From Phycisphaera mikurensis NBRC 102666 (GTDB taxonomy: Bacteria; Planctomycetota; Phycisphaerae; Phycisphaerales; Phycisphaeraceae), in NCBI RefSeq assembly GCF_000284115.1, contig NC_017080.1, positions 1,380,001-1,412,000 on the forward strand: a stretch of 32,000 nt of DNA, read 5' to 3'. The notes below the pieces were generated by a model, which made no database searches, was not told where the DNA came from, and saw only the letters and a program-made list of their open reading frames with translations. A program made the position numbers and the translations under genes. The stretch's first letter is position 1. Each line of letters opens with the position of its first letter. Shown piece after piece: positions 9,680-20,204 of this stretch.

Positions 9680-12600
9680 TTAGTTCAGGTTGCTCCCGAC
9701 GTTGTACTTCGCCGGGTCGTCGTTGAGGCCGGGGAACAGCAGGTCCTCCTGCTCGCCCTGGAGGATGATGGTCGGCTTGATGAGGATCAGCAGCGTCCGC
9801 TCGTCCTTGGTGGTGTTCGTGTTGGTGAACAGCCGGTTGACGATGGGCAGCTTCGAGAGAATGGGCACGCCCACCTCGACCTCGATCTCGTTGACCAGGC
9901 GCTGGCCGCCGAGCAGCAGCGTGCCCTGATCGGGGACGCTGACCGTCGAGCGGACGGTCGTGAGCTGCAGCTCCGGGAGCTCGAGCGTGCCGGTAAAGGT
10001 GAAGACCTCGCCGGTGGTGTCGTCGTCGCCCTCGATGACGAGGGCTCCGAGCTGCTGGAGCTGCCGGATCGGCTGCTCCAGCGTCGCCAGCGAGGGCCGC
10101 AGGGTCATGGTGACGTACCGACGGTCGGCAGAGACGGTGCCCTCGACGTCGAGCACCACGCCGGAGTTCACGGTGGAGACCGTGGTGTCGAAGCCGACCG
10201 TGTCTTCCACCGGCTCGAGATCGGAGATGAAGGCGACCTGGTTCGCCACCAGCACGTACGCCCGCTGCCCGTCGAAGAAGGTGACCCGCGGGGCGGTCAG
10301 CTGGATCGACTTCTGGTTCGCGAGGGTCGCCTGCACGAGCAGGTCGACGCGGAGGTCGTCGATGAACGAGAGGCCGAAGGAGAGCGCCTGCGGGTCCTCA
10401 TCGGCGCCGCCGAGGAAGCGGCCGGGGGTGAGGGCGGACGTGCCGCGGTCGGCGATGTCGATGCTCTGCTGCGAGACGGTGAACGGCGCGATCAAGCCGG
10501 AGCCGAGGTCCTGCCCGGGGACCTCGAAGTCGACGTCGACGTTGAAGTTCTCGATGAAGTTGTTGTCCACCAGCAGGAACCGCGCCTCGACCGAGATCTG
10601 CGTCGACCGCTGCTCGCGGAGACCGCCGAGCACCCCGATGATGTCGCGGTGGTTGTCGCTGGTCGTCTTGATGATGAGGTTGCCGTTGAGCTCCTGGATC
10701 GTCGAGATGCCGTCGGTCCAGTCGTTGAACTCGCCGACGCTGCTCTCGATGATGCTCGTGATGTTGGCGATCAACGCCTCACGCAGCTCGGCGGCGTCCT
10801 CCTGGTCGTTCTCCTCCTGCGTGTCGCCGAAGATGCTGCCGCCGCCGCCCCCGCCTCCCCCGCCCCCGCCGCCACCCCCGCCGCCGCTCTCCAGGGCGGT
10901 GGAGAGGTCGAACTCGGGGGCGTCGGTGAAGTTGGGCACCTGGACGAGCAGGTCCTTGATGCTGTAGACGCGGGCCTCGGTGGTGCTGGTGAGCTCCGCC
11001 TTCGTGGTGATCTGGACAATGCCGTCGACGATGGAGTACTGCGCCTGCTCGACGTCCCGGGCGTCGGCGCCCGAGTTGGCGAGCTGCAGGATCCGCTCGA
11101 GGGCGACGCTCGCGGGAACGTTGTTGAGCTGGACCGAGATCGGCTGGTCCTTCTCGATCCGGGAGAGCGACAGCGCCTCCCAGTTCACGAAGAAGTTGGC
11201 GCCGGTGGTGGTCCGCAGGAAGTCGATGACCGACTCCAGCGGGTTCGCCTGGAAGTCGATCGGGACCACCGTCTCGAGCCGCTGGGCGGCCTCGCGGTTG
11301 GCCCGGGACTCGCCGCCGCTGGAATCGAGGCTCTCGAGCCGACGCTGGGTGAGCTCGGGCCAGTCGGACGGGTACACCAGCAGGTCGTCGTAGGGGATCG
11401 TCGCCTCGACGTTCAGAGCGGCCTGCCGGCCGTCCATCACGCGCCGGGTGCGCCGGAAGTAGGCCTGCTCGGCGATGACGTCGAGGTCCTGCAGGATGTC
11501 GCGGACCGCCTGCGCGGCGATGTTCTGCGGGTCGATGAACAGCGCCTCGTCGATGACGGCAAGCGCCTCGTCGTACCGCGTCTGCGTCTGCAGCTTCCGC
11601 GCTTCGTTGATGAGCTCGTCGACCCGACGCCGCTGCTCGCGCGTCGCACGCTCGAGGTTCCGGGCGTCGAGCTCGGCCTGGTTCTCCGCGTCGATCTCGC
11701 GTTGCTGGAGGTCGGCGATGCGCTGACGCTCGTTCAACTCGACCGAGAGCTGCGTCGCCGCGTCGCGCCGGCCGCGGAACGCGTCGGGGCTGTAGAGCCC
11801 TTGGTTCCGCTCGAGGATGCTCTTGGCCTGAGCGACGGCGTCGGTGGCGACGGCGTAGTTGCCGGCGGCCGCGGCCTCGCGGGCGCGATTCATGGAGGCT
11901 TCGAAGGAGGCGTTGGCGGCCTGGAGCTGCAGCCGCTCCAGCTGCACCTGCTGCTCGATGGGCGAATCCGCGGCCGCGGCTTGCGATCGCTGCCGCAGGG
12001 CCGCCGCCAGCCGCGCCTGGATCTGCTGGTTCTGCGGGTCGAGCTGAGCCGCTTCCTCGTAGAGCGTCACGGCGAGGTCGCGGTAGCCGTTGGCCAGCGC
12101 CGCGTCCGCGTCCCCCGCGAGGTCCGCGGCGTAGGAACGGCGTGCCTCCAGCAGGAGGTCGGCGGTGGCCGGATCGGTCCCGCGGCGGGTCACGGTGCGT
12201 TCGCCTTGGGGAGCGGCCCGGCTGGCGGTCTGCTGCTGGACCGTCTCGCGCTGCGCCGCGAGCCGGGCCCGGGCGGCTTCGGCCCGGGCCGCTTCGGCGG
12301 CGGCGAGCCGCTCGAGCTCGGCGGCGTCGGGCGCCTCGGGTTCGGCCGGGTCCGCGGACCCGGCCCGCTCCGCGTCCGCCTCGCGAGAAGCGGCGAGCTG
12401 CGCCCGCCGCTCGGCCACCACCGCGAGCTGGCTCTCGAGCCGCTGCTGATCGAACCAGCTCAGCGAGGCCCCGCCCTCGACCTGCTCGCGGGCCGCCACG
12501 AGCCGCGCCTCGGCGGCGTCGAGGTCGCCGGCTCGCAGCGAAGCCGCGGCCTCGTCCAGGAGGCGGCGCGTGCCGGCGTTGGCCTCGCCACCGGAAGCCG

Positions 12601-12904
12601 GCGCCGAGACCTCCGCGGCCCCGTCGAGCCGCTGAAGCGTCGCGTAGAGCTCGCGACGCTGCTCCCGGGGGAGGAGCATCGGGTCGACCTGTCGGAGCAG
12701 GTCCCGGGCCCCGGCTTCGTCGCCGGCGGCGAAGCGGCGGGAACCCTCGGCGAAGCGCTGCTCGGCGGTGGCGGCCGCTTCGGCGGTCGCGGCCGGAGCT
12801 TCCTGCGCGAACGCGGGGGAGGCGGGCAACGCGGTGCCCGCGATCCCGAGGAAGGCGGCGAAGGCAGCCGCGGCAGGACGCTCAAGGGTTGGACGGTTCA
12901 GCAA
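9680..12904 (-). CDS. Type II/III secretion system secretin (GspD/PilQ superfamily) with long TPR/coiled-coil N-terminal region
   Basis: Signal peptide; STN-like [25 protein letters not shown]; C-terminal [57 protein letters not shown]; TTG start with AGGAG 9 nt upstream. Confidence 0.88.
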   Translation of the reverse strand: MLNRPTLERPAAAAFAAFLGIAGTALPASPAFAQEAPAATAEAAATAEQRFAEGSRRFAAGDEAGARDLLRQVDPMLLPREQRRELYATLQRLDGAAEVSAPASGGEANAGTRRLLDEAAASLRAGDLDAAEARLVAAREQVEGGASLSWFDQQRLESQLAVVAERRAQLAASREADAERAGSADPAEPEAPDAAELERLAAAEAARAEAARARLAAQRETVQQQTASRAAPQGERTVTRRGTDPATADLLLEARRSYAADLAGDADAALANGYRDLAVTLYEEAAQLDPQNQQIQARLAAALRQRSQAAAADSPIEQQVQLERLQLQAANASFEASMNRAREAAAAGNYAVATDAVAQAKSILERNQGLYSPDAFRGRRDAATQLSVELNERQRIADLQQREIDAENQAELDARNLERATREQRRRVDELINEARKLQTQTRYDEALAVIDEALFIDPQNIAAQAVRDILQDLDVIAEQAYFRRTRRVMDGRQAALNVEATIPYDDLLVYPSDWPELTQRRLESLDSSGGESRANREAAQRLETVVPIDFQANPLESVIDFLRTTTGANFFVNWEALSLSRIEKDQPISVQLNNVPASVALERILQLANSGADARDVEQAQYSIVDGIVQITTKAELTSTTEARVYSIKDLLVQVPNFTDAPEFDLSTALESGGGGGGGGGGGGGGGGSIFGDTQEENDQEDAAELREALIANITSIIESSVGEFNDWTDGISTIQELNGNLIIKTTSDNHRDIIGVLGGLREQRSTQISVEARFLLVDNNFIENFNVDVDFEVPGQDLGSGLIAPFTVSQQSIDIADRGTSALTPGRFLGGADEDPQALSFGLSFIDDLRVDLLVQATLANQKSIQLTAPRVTFFDGQRAYVLVANQVAFISDLEPVEDTVGFDTTVSTVNSGVVLDVEGTVSADRRYVTMTLRPSLATLEQPIRQLQQLGALVIEGDDDTTGEVFTFTGTLELPELQLTTVRSTVSVPDQGTLLLGGQRLVNEIEVEVGVPILSKLPIVNRLFTNTNTTKDERTLLILIKPTIILQGEQEDLLFPGLNDDPAKYNVGSNLN
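10838..10885 (-). repeat. 16-glycine low-complexity linker (mixed GGN codons) inside the secretin
   Basis: Direct translation: ES-G16-SIFGD. Confidence 0.9.
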
Positions 12905-13375
12905 GACGGGAGCTCCTGGGTGCAGGCGACGGCGGAAGCCGGCGTGATTGTCGATCGGGTTGCGGGCGAAAGGAAAAGGGGTGCGGAGCCAAGGCGGGAG
13001 CGGCCGCGTGCGGGGAGCACGGCGGGAACGCCCAAACGATCATCATGCGTGGTGTGCTTGATTCAGCGCCATGGTCGGCCGATTCCTGAGCGTTCTTCCC
13101 AAACCGGGACGAACGACGTTTCCGATCGTGCCACGGGGGGGACCGATCAGCGGGCGGAGCCTAATTCCGCTCCCGCGCGCCCGCAACCGGGCCGGACCGG
13201 CCCGGCGATCCGCTCCGCCGACGCGGCCGCGAAGGCGTGCGTTTCGGGTATCCTCTCCCGCCCGAGGCCCGGCGCACCCGCTCCCCGAGCGGACCGGCCG
13301 GCGCTTCTCGGCGTTCCTCTTAGATCCGAAACCCTCCGCCGCAGTGCCGGTGGACCATCCCGAAGGCGCCCCACG

Positions 13376-13642
13376 ATGGCACATAAAAAAGGACAGGGCT
13401 CGACCAAGAACGGTCGCGACTCGAACCCGCAGTACCGCGGTGTCAAGCTCTACGGAGGCCAGGCCGCGAAGGCCGGATCCATCATCATCCGCCAGTGCGG
13501 CACGAAGTTCAAGCCGGGCTTCAACGTCGGCATCGGCAAGGACGACACCCTCTTCGCGCTGACGCACGGGACGGTGGAGTTCCAAGGCCGCAAGGTGCAC
13601 GTCCGCGAGCCGGCGGTGGCCGAAGCCGAAGCGGCGGAGTGA
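13376..13642 (+). CDS. rpmA: 50S ribosomal protein L27
   Basis: [48 protein letters not shown]…; 88 aa from ATG 13376. Confidence 0.97.
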   Translation: MAHKKGQGSTKNGRDSNPQYRGVKLYGGQAAKAGSIIIRQCGTKFKPGFNVGIGKDDTLFALTHGTVEFQGRKVHVREPAVAEAEAAE

Positions 13643-13862
13643 GGCCGCTGGGTCGGCGGACCGGCGATGCCGGGTTTTCGCGTGCGCATCCCGCGGAGTC
13701 GAATCCGGCTGCCGTGGTGGCGTCCCCGCCGACGCTGCACCCGGGCGGCGCCCGGACGCGTCGGGCAGCCTGGGTGCCTTAGAGAGGCTCCGCCTCCGTG
13801 CAATCGTCGCGCTGGAAGTCGCCAAGCCTGCCCGCCCAACCCGCTTCCACGATGGTTCACCC

Positions 13863-14912
13863 ATGTTCATCGACTCCGCTGAGATCATCGCCGCATCGGG
13901 GAAGGGCGGCGACGGGTGCCTCTCCTTCCGCCGGATGAAGTACATCCCCAAGGGCGGCCCCGACGGCGGCAACGGCGGCGACGGCGGGTCGCTCGTGCTC
14001 GTCGCCGACCCCGACACCGCCACGCTGCTCGACTTCGCCGGCCGCCACCACTGGCGCGCGGACGACGGAGGCGCGGGCCGGGGTAGCCAGCAGAACGGCA
14101 AGAAGGCGGAGGACCTGGTCATCCGCCTGCCGGTGGGCACGCAGGTGTTCCACCGCGAGACCGGGGCGCTGCTGTGCGACCTCACCGAGCCGGGGCAGCG
14201 GGTGGTGCTGGCGGCCGGCGGCCGCGGCGGCCGCGGGAACGAGGCGTACGCGACACCGACGCACCAGGTGCCCACGGAGTTCGACCCGGGCGGCGAGGGC
14301 GTCGAGCTCCCGCTGAAGCTCGAGCTCAAGCTCGTCGCCGACGTCGGCCTGCTCGGCCTGCCCAACGCGGGGAAGTCGACGCTGCTCTCCCGCGTCTCGT
14401 CGGCTCGGCCGCGGATCGCGGACTACCCCTTCACCACGCTGGTCCCGCAGCCCGGCGTCGCCGACCTCGGCGGCGGCCGCCGGCTGGTCGTCTGCGACGT
14501 CCCGGGCCTCATCGAGCACGCCGCCGAGGGGCAGGGGCTGGGCAGCCGCTTCCTCCGCCACATCGAGCGGACCTCGCTGCTGGTCCACCTGGTCGACTGC
14601 CTGCCCGCGGACGGCAGCGATCCGGCGTCCAATTGGGCGACGATCCGCGGCGAGCTCCAGAAGCACAGCGCGGCGCTCGGGGCCAAGCCCGAGGTGACGG
14701 TGCTGAGCCAGGTGGACAAGCTGGCCGGGCCGGCGGCGGTGAAGGCGAGCGTCCGCGAGTTCCACGCCGCCACGGGCACCGACCCCCTGGCGATCAGCTC
14801 GGCCTCGGGCACCGGGCTACGCGAGCTGCTGGAGCGTTGCTGGGAGCGGCTGGAGACGAAGACCCAGCAGCGGCCGGCCTGGGGCGGCGCCGCCGGGCCC
14901 GGGCGCGTCTGA
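13863..14912 (+). CDS. obgE: GTPase Obg/CgtA
   Basis: [43 protein letters not shown]; G1 [11 protein letters not shown]; G3 DVPG; 349 aa. Confidence 0.95.
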   Translation: MFIDSAEIIAASGKGGDGCLSFRRMKYIPKGGPDGGNGGDGGSLVLVADPDTATLLDFAGRHHWRADDGGAGRGSQQNGKKAEDLVIRLPVGTQVFHRETGALLCDLTEPGQRVVLAAGGRGGRGNEAYATPTHQVPTEFDPGGEGVELPLKLELKLVADVGLLGLPNAGKSTLLSRVSSARPRIADYPFTTLVPQPGVADLGGGRRLVVCDVPGLIEHAAEGQGLGSRFLRHIERTSLLVHLVDCLPADGSDPASNWATIRGELQKHSAALGAKPEVTVLSQVDKLAGPAAVKASVREFHAATGTDPLAISSASGTGLRELLERCWERLETKTQQRPAWGGAAGPGRV

Positions 14913-15007
14913 GCGGTGCGATGCCGCCGCTTCGGCGGCCGGCGGATCCGGGGAGGCCGGCTCCGCAAGCCGCTTCGGCCGCTTCACCTAGGCGGTAAGG
15001 TCCCCCG

Positions 15008-15799
15008 ATGCCGATGAACCTCCTCGCCGTCTCCGTCGGCAACACCCGCACCCGCGTCGGGGCCTTCGCCGACGACCAGCTCACCTGGTCGGCCACGGTG
15101 GAGAACCTCAAGGCGGCCGACGTGAAGGAAGCGGTGATCGAGGCCGGGCAGAGCTTCCCGATCGAGGAGCCGTACGCGGCCGTCATCTCCAGCGTCAACC
15201 GCGTCGTGAGCGACCGCCTGCTCGGCCAGCTGGAGGGGCGGGTCCGCGCGAACTTCCTGCGGATGGAGCGGGACGTGCCCGTGCCGATCGGGCGTCAGCT
15301 CGACCCCGAGGCCATCGTCGGCGAGGACCGTCTGCTGTGCGCGGCGGCGGCGTACGCGGTGCTGAAGCAGGCTTGCGTGGTGGTGGACGCGGGCACCGCG
15401 GTGACTGTCGACTTCGTGGACGGCGCCGGAACCTTCCACGGGGGGGCGATCGCACCGGGCGGGCAGATGATGATGGACGCGCTGCAGGCGGGCACCGATG
15501 CGCTGCCCGAGGCCGATTTCGAGAAGCCCGTCGAGGTGCCCGGACACAACACCATCGAGGCGATGCGAGCCGGCGTCTACCACGGCCTGCGCGGCATGGT
15601 GCACGAGCTCGTGGAGAAGTACGCCGAGCTCGCGGGTGCCTTCCCGCTGGTGGTGGTGACCGGCGGCGACGGCGCGCTGCTCTTCAAAGACGACGAGCGC
15701 GTGGACCGGGTCGTGCCGGACCTCGTGCTGACCGGCATCCAGCTCGCCTGGAAGACGATGGTCGCCGCCGCGGAGGAGGACGATGACGGCGCCGCCTGA
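15008..15799 (+). CDS. coaX: Type III pantothenate kinase
   Basis: VSVGNTRTRVGAF, VVDAGTAVTVDFVDGAGTFHGGAIAPGGQMMMDAL, VVTGGDG. Confidence 0.92.
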   Translation: MPMNLLAVSVGNTRTRVGAFADDQLTWSATVENLKAADVKEAVIEAGQSFPIEEPYAAVISSVNRVVSDRLLGQLEGRVRANFLRMERDVPVPIGRQLDPEAIVGEDRLLCAAAAYAVLKQACVVVDAGTAVTVDFVDGAGTFHGGAIAPGGQMMMDALQAGTDALPEADFEKPVEVPGHNTIEAMRAGVYHGLRGMVHELVEKYAELAGAFPLVVVTGGDGALLFKDDERVDRVVPDLVLTGIQLAWKTMVAAAEEDDDGAA

Positions 15800-16298
15800 A
15801 GCCGGGGAAGTTGGGGCGGGCGAGGCCCGGCCCCGCGGACCGTCGGAGCATCCCGCCACCACGGCCGACGGTCCGCGGGCGGCGGCGGCGTCGCGGGCCC
15901 TGCGGTCCACGCGGCTCGCCTGGGGTGCGGCGCTGGTGATCCAGGCGCTGAATCTCGCCTACGAGGTTTCGCTGCGGCCCGCAGCGGCCGCAGCGTGGCC
16001 GCTGCGGCCCGCGGTCCTGGCGTTGGGCGTGCTGCTCGTGGGCCTGTTCGTCGGGCACACGGCGCGGCTGCAGGCCTACAAGCGGGGCTGGCGGGGGCGG
16101 GCGGTGACGCCGGGGGCGTACCTGCGGGGCAACCTGCTGATGCTCGCGGCGCTCACGCTCGCGGCGTGCCTGGTCTTCGGAGCGGCGCCCGCGGCCGGCG
16201 CCGACCGGCCGCTCGTGCGGATGCTGGGCCTCGCGTTGACGCTCGCGACGCTGCTGAACTGGCCGCACGGCCGACCGATGCGGGCGGCGGGAGCCTGA
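15783..16298 (+). CDS. Putative membrane protein (171 aa), unknown function
   Basis: Overlaps coaX end by 17 bp (translational coupling style); several hydrophobic segments; stop 5 nt before next start. Confidence 0.6.
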   Translation: MTAPPEAGEVGAGEARPRGPSEHPATTADGPRAAAASRALRSTRLAWGAALVIQALNLAYEVSLRPAAAAAWPLRPAVLALGVLLVGLFVGHTARLQAYKRGWRGRAVTPGAYLRGNLLMLAALTLAACLVFGAAPAAGADRPLVRMLGLALTLATLLNWPHGRPMRAAGA

Positions 16299-16303
16299 CG
16301 CCC

Positions 16304-17359
16304 GTGCGGTGCCGCCACCGGCTGTGCACGCCGTCGGGGGCCGGCGGGATCGCGATCTTCCGGGTCGAGGGTGCGGGCGCGGCCGCCGTGATCCGCCGCG
16401 TGGCGGGGCGGGCCGCCGACGCGGCCGCGGGTGCGATCCTGCACACGAACCTCGCCGGCGTGGACGACGGCCTGGCGGTCCGGGTCGCCGAGGAGGGGTG
16501 GCGCCTGATGCCGCACGGCGGGCCGGCGATCGTGCGGGCGGTGGGAGCGGCGCTGGAAGCCGCGGGCTCGACCCTGGCCGCGTCGCGGCCGCGGGGCATC
16601 GACGCCGCGGTCGCGGAGGCCGCGGCCCGCGCGGCGAGCCCGGCCGCCGTCGACGCGCTCGCCCGCCAGCCGGCGCTCTGGCGTGCGGCGGTGGGGCGGC
16701 CCCTCGCGACCGCCGGCGACCTGCTCGGCCGCTCGGACGTGCTCGACCGGCTCGTGGACCCGCCGCGGCTGGTGGTGGCGGGGCGGCCCAACGCCGGGAA
16801 GTCGACCCTGCTCAACCGCGTGGCCGGTGAGGCCGCGGCCGCGGTCTCGCCGTCGCCCGGCACGACCCGCGACTGGGTGGGGCGGCGGGTGGCGCTGGTG
16901 CCCGCCGGCGGCGACCCGCTCGCCGACGCCGTCGTGGTCGATTGGTGCGACACGCCGGGGCTGCGTGCGGCGGGGGGCGCGGAGCGGCGTGCCATCGAGC
17001 TCGCCGCGGCGGTGCTGGCGGACGCGGACCTGCTGGTCGAGCTCGTCGCGCCGGAGGAGGCGCGGCTGACGCGGGACGAGCTGCCGCGGGAGCCGGACGT
17101 GGTGGTGGGAAGCAAGTCGGACCTTTCGGGCTCGCCCGAGGCCGGCGGAGGGCTTCGCCTCTCGGCGGCGACGGGGGAGGGGATCGACGCCTTCGTTGCC
17201 GAGGTCGTCGAGCGGCTGTTCCCGGAGCCGCCGCGGCGGAAGCTTTGGGCGTTCGACCCGCTGCTGCGGGCGCGGGTGGAAGGCCACCCGACGCGGCCGC
17301 CGCGTGGGTGGCTGGGCGGCCGACGCGGGGCGACGGACCGGTCGGTCTTGGTCTGGTGA
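16304..17359 (+). CDS. Short MnmE/TrmE-like GTPase (C-terminal CxGK absent)
   Basis: GTG start; TPSGAGGIAIFRVEGAGA and HGGPAIVRAVGAALEAAG match the MnmE N-domain; G motifs [34 protein letters not shown]. Confidence 0.75.
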   Translation: MRCRHRLCTPSGAGGIAIFRVEGAGAAAVIRRVAGRAADAAAGAILHTNLAGVDDGLAVRVAEEGWRLMPHGGPAIVRAVGAALEAAGSTLAASRPRGIDAAVAEAAARAASPAAVDALARQPALWRAAVGRPLATAGDLLGRSDVLDRLVDPPRLVVAGRPNAGKSTLLNRVAGEAAAAVSPSPGTTRDWVGRRVALVPAGGDPLADAVVVDWCDTPGLRAAGGAERRAIELAAAVLADADLLVELVAPEEARLTRDELPREPDVVVGSKSDLSGSPEAGGGLRLSAATGEGIDAFVAEVVERLFPEPPRRKLWAFDPLLRARVEGHPTRPPRGWLGGRRGATDRSVLVW

Positions 17360-17599
17360 GTGGCGGCGGGGGCCGGTCGCCGGAGGCGACCGAAGGCTGG
17401 CGCCTTCATGGGTGAAGCCAGCTTCCTTTCCCTGCCGCCGGCGGAGCCGGCGGGCGCGGGACCCGGTGGGAGCGCGAGGCCGTCCCGCGGATCACGCACC
17501 CCCGTGCCCGAGGGGCCCGGTGTCGCTCCGCGGGCTCGTGTCGGCTGCGCCGCCACGGGCGTCGTGCCTGCGGCACGCCGCCGGGCCGGCGCTCGCTTC

Positions 17600-17630
17600 C
17601 GCGGCCCCGAGGCTGCGCCTCGGTCCGCGG
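17600..17630 (-). other. Compound imperfect hairpin between convergent genes
   Basis: CCGCGG…CCGAGG-CTGCG-CCTCGG…CCGCGG; flanked by 12-bp direct repeat GGCGCTCGCTTC at 17588-17599 and 17630-17641. Confidence 0.4.
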
Positions 17631-17669
17631 GCGCTCGCTTCGGCCCGCCCGCTGCGCGGCACCCGCATG

Positions 17670-17690
17670 CACGATGGCTCCGCCATCGTG
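17670..17690 (-). terminator. Perfect hairpin downstream of floA (CACGATGGC-TCC-GCCATCGTG)
   Basis: 9-bp perfect stem, 3-nt loop, 55 nt after the floA stop; no obvious U-tract. Confidence 0.4.
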
Positions 17691-17744
17691 GAGCAGCGGG
17701 ATCGGGATTCGGGCGCCCGTCGCCTCTCCCGCTCCGCTTCCGCT

Positions 17745-18830
17745 CTACCCGTTGCCGTCCTCGTCGAACTTCTCCCGCTTCTCCGGGCCGGCGATGCCGT
17801 CCCGCATGCGGGTGTCGGCCGCCACGTTCTGGATGCGTTGGTAGTCCATGACGCCCAGGTTGCCGCTGCGGAAGGCTTCCGCCATGGCTTTGGGCACCTC
17901 GGCCTCGGCGAGGACGAGCAGGGCGCGGTTCTCTTCGATCTTCGCCCGGTTCTCCTGCTCGAGCGCGACGGCGAGGGAGCGACGCTTCTCGGCTTCGGCT
18001 TGGAAGCGGCGCTTGTCGGCCTCGGCCTGCTCGGCCTGGAGCTTGGCCCCGACGTTCGCCTCGGTGTTGACGCCGGCCACGGAGATGTCGGCGATGTCCA
18101 CGGAGAGGATCTCAAAGGCGGTGCCCGAGTCCAGCCCGGAGTGCAGGGCCTTCTTCGCGATCTCGTCGGGGTTCTCCAGCACGTCCTTGTAGGTCTTCGC
18201 CGAGCCGATGGCCGAGACGATGGCCTGGCCGACGCGGGCGATGATCGTCTCCTCGGTGGCCCCGCCGATGAGGCGCGGGAGGTTCGCCCGGACGGTGACG
18301 CGGGCCTTGCACAGGAGGCGGACGCCGTCCTGGGCGACGGCGTCGAGCTTGTCCAGCCCGCTGGCGTTCACGCTGGGGCAGTCGATCACCTTGGGGTTCA
18401 CCGAGGTGCTCACGGCCTCGAGGATGTCGCGGCCGGCGAGGTCGATGGCGCAGGCGGTGTTCCAGTTCAGGTCGATGTTGGCGCGGTTCGCGGCGATGAG
18501 CGCGTTCACGACGCGGGGCACCGAGCCGCGGGAGAGGTAGTGGGTCTCCATCTCGTTGGTCGACACGTCGATGCCGGCTTTCTTCGCCTGGATCCGCGAG
18601 AGCACGATCACCTTCGGGTTCACCTTCCGCAGCCACATGCCCACGAGCGAGGCGAACGTGACGCTGGCACCCGAACTGAGGGCCTGGATGTACAGCCCGA
18701 TGAAGCGGATGAAGAAGAAGCCCAGCCCCAGGAGGACCAGCACCAGCACGACGATCGCCACGACGGAGAGCACGCTGCCTCCGCCGAGCTGGGCGAGGAG
18801 GGGGGACACAACCGGGGAGGGGTGGGGCAT
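17745..18830 (-). CDS. floA: Flotillin-like protein FloA (SPFH family)
   Basis: [99 protein letters not shown]…; ATG 18830. The track extends this to 21299 spuriously. Confidence 0.93.
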   Translation of the reverse strand: MPHPSPVVSPLLAQLGGGSVLSVVAIVVLVLVLLGLGFFFIRFIGLYIQALSSGASVTFASLVGMWLRKVNPKVIVLSRIQAKKAGIDVSTNEMETHYLSRGSVPRVVNALIAANRANIDLNWNTACAIDLAGRDILEAVSTSVNPKVIDCPSVNASGLDKLDAVAQDGVRLLCKARVTVRANLPRLIGGATEETIIARVGQAIVSAIGSAKTYKDVLENPDEIAKKALHSGLDSGTAFEILSVDIADISVAGVNTEANVGAKLQAEQAEADKRRFQAEAEKRRSLAVALEQENRAKIEENRALLVLAEAEVPKAMAEAFRSGNLGVMDYQRIQNVAADTRMRDGIAGPEKREKFDEDGNG

Positions 18831-18893
18831 GGGCGGAAGCTTAGGAAGCGAGCGGCCCGGCCGGCTCCGCTGCGACATCTCTATAAAGGACGC

Positions 18894-20024
18894 ATGCGAG
18901 CGATCGTCACGGGCCAGGTGGGGATGGACAAGAAGGAGTACCTGCAGAAGGTGGTCCAGCTCGCGGGTCAGAGGGCGGCCGGGGGTGGGGCCGACCTGCA
19001 GCTGTACAACCTCGGCGATCGGATGTACGCCGAGGCGAGCGACGTGAAGCCCGGGCGGATCCTGGACCTGCCGATCTCGCGGCTGAAGGCGCTGCGCCGA
19101 GCGGCCATGAAGGACGTCAACCGCGCCAGCGAGGGGCAGAAGGACGTCATCCTCAACACCCACGCCACCTTCCGCTGGCGGCACGGGCTCTTCCCCGCCT
19201 TCGACTTCGACCAGCTCACCGAGTTCAAGCCCGACGTGGTCATCTGCCTGCTCGACAACATCGAGGTTGTGCACGCCCGCCTCCACGAGGAGCACACCAG
19301 CGACGCCACGCTGAAGGATCTCATGGTCTGGCGGGAGGAGGAGATCATGGCCTCCGAGCTGGCCGCTCAGGCGCTCGGCATTCCCAACGAGTTCTACGTG
19401 GTCTCCCGGGGGCGACACGCCGACACGATCGAGACCACCTACCGCCTGATCTGCCGGCCGGAGTTCCGCAAGGTCTACCCCAGCTTCCCGATGACCCACG
19501 TCGAGAAGCTGCCCGACGTGCTGCGGGTGATCGACCGCTTCCGGGCGGACCTGGCGGAGAAGTTCGTCTCCTTCGACCCCGGCGACGTGGACGAGAAGAT
19601 CCTCCTGGACCGCGCGATCGAGGCGGCGCGCGAGGGACAGGATTTCGTGCACGTCGAGACCGGCAGCTTCTTCGGCGGCCAGAAGAACCTCCAGGTGCCC
19701 GTCCGCCAGGTGCTCGACATCGCCGGCGACGTGGACGGGCAGATCTACGCCCGCGACTTCCAGATGGTGCGCCAAAGCGACATGATCGTCTCGCTGGTCC
19801 CCAACCTGCCCGACGGCTCGCCGGGTCTCTCCAGCGGGGTGGAGCGGGAGCTGCAGCACGCCTTCGACCACGGCCGCGAGGTGTACGTCGTCTGGCACCC
19901 CCAGAAGAACCCCTCGCCCTTCATCACCGAGACCGCGACGAGGTGGTTCCGCACCGTGGAGGAGGCGATGGCCCACTTCGAGGAGGCCGGCATGTTCCCC
20001 GCGACCAACCTCTTCGGGCACTGA
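18894..20024 (+). CDS. Putative nucleotide-metabolism protein: kinase-like N-terminal domain with degenerate P-loop plus nucleoside 2-deoxyribosyltransferase-like C-terminal domain
   Basis: [17 protein letters not shown]…; [15 protein letters not shown]; C-terminal [24 protein letters not shown]…[31 protein letters not shown]; AAAGGA ribosome-binding site at 18883-18889 region. Confidence 0.7.
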   Translation: MRAIVTGQVGMDKKEYLQKVVQLAGQRAAGGGADLQLYNLGDRMYAEASDVKPGRILDLPISRLKALRRAAMKDVNRASEGQKDVILNTHATFRWRHGLFPAFDFDQLTEFKPDVVICLLDNIEVVHARLHEEHTSDATLKDLMVWREEEIMASELAAQALGIPNEFYVVSRGRHADTIETTYRLICRPEFRKVYPSFPMTHVEKLPDVLRVIDRFRADLAEKFVSFDPGDVDEKILLDRAIEAAREGQDFVHVETGSFFGGQKNLQVPVRQVLDIAGDVDGQIYARDFQMVRQSDMIVSLVPNLPDGSPGLSSGVERELQHAFDHGREVYVVWHPQKNPSPFITETATRWFRTVEEAMAHFEEAGMFPATNLFGH

Positions 20025-20112
20025 GACACTTCGTTCTCCGCACCGTGGCGGCCCGCGGCCCGCAGGCGAACCGAGCGGGGAGTGATCGAGAACGCGTCGC
20101 TGCGCCACCGGC

Positions 20113-20133
20113 CTGCCTGCGGGCCGCAGGCAG
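20113..20133. other. Intergenic hairpin CTGCCTGC-GGGCC-GCAGGCAG
   Basis: Perfect 8-bp stem, 5-nt loop between 20024 stop and 20205 start. Confidence 0.4.
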
Positions 20134-20204
20134 CCACGCGACCGTTCGGGGGAGCGTCGGGCCTCGCCTCGCCGCCGCTCCCGGCCCGGGCTAGCGTCCG
20201 CGCG

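Noticed and set aside
10649-13642. Long + strand ORF (997 aa) antisense to the secretin and running into rpmA
   Set aside because: Low-complexity Arg/Gly/Val-rich shadow translation of a high-GC gene; only the final 88 aa (rpmA) are real.
17196-20024. 942-aa + strand ORF
   Set aside because: Only the segment from 18894 has natural protein sequence; the upstream part is antisense to floA.
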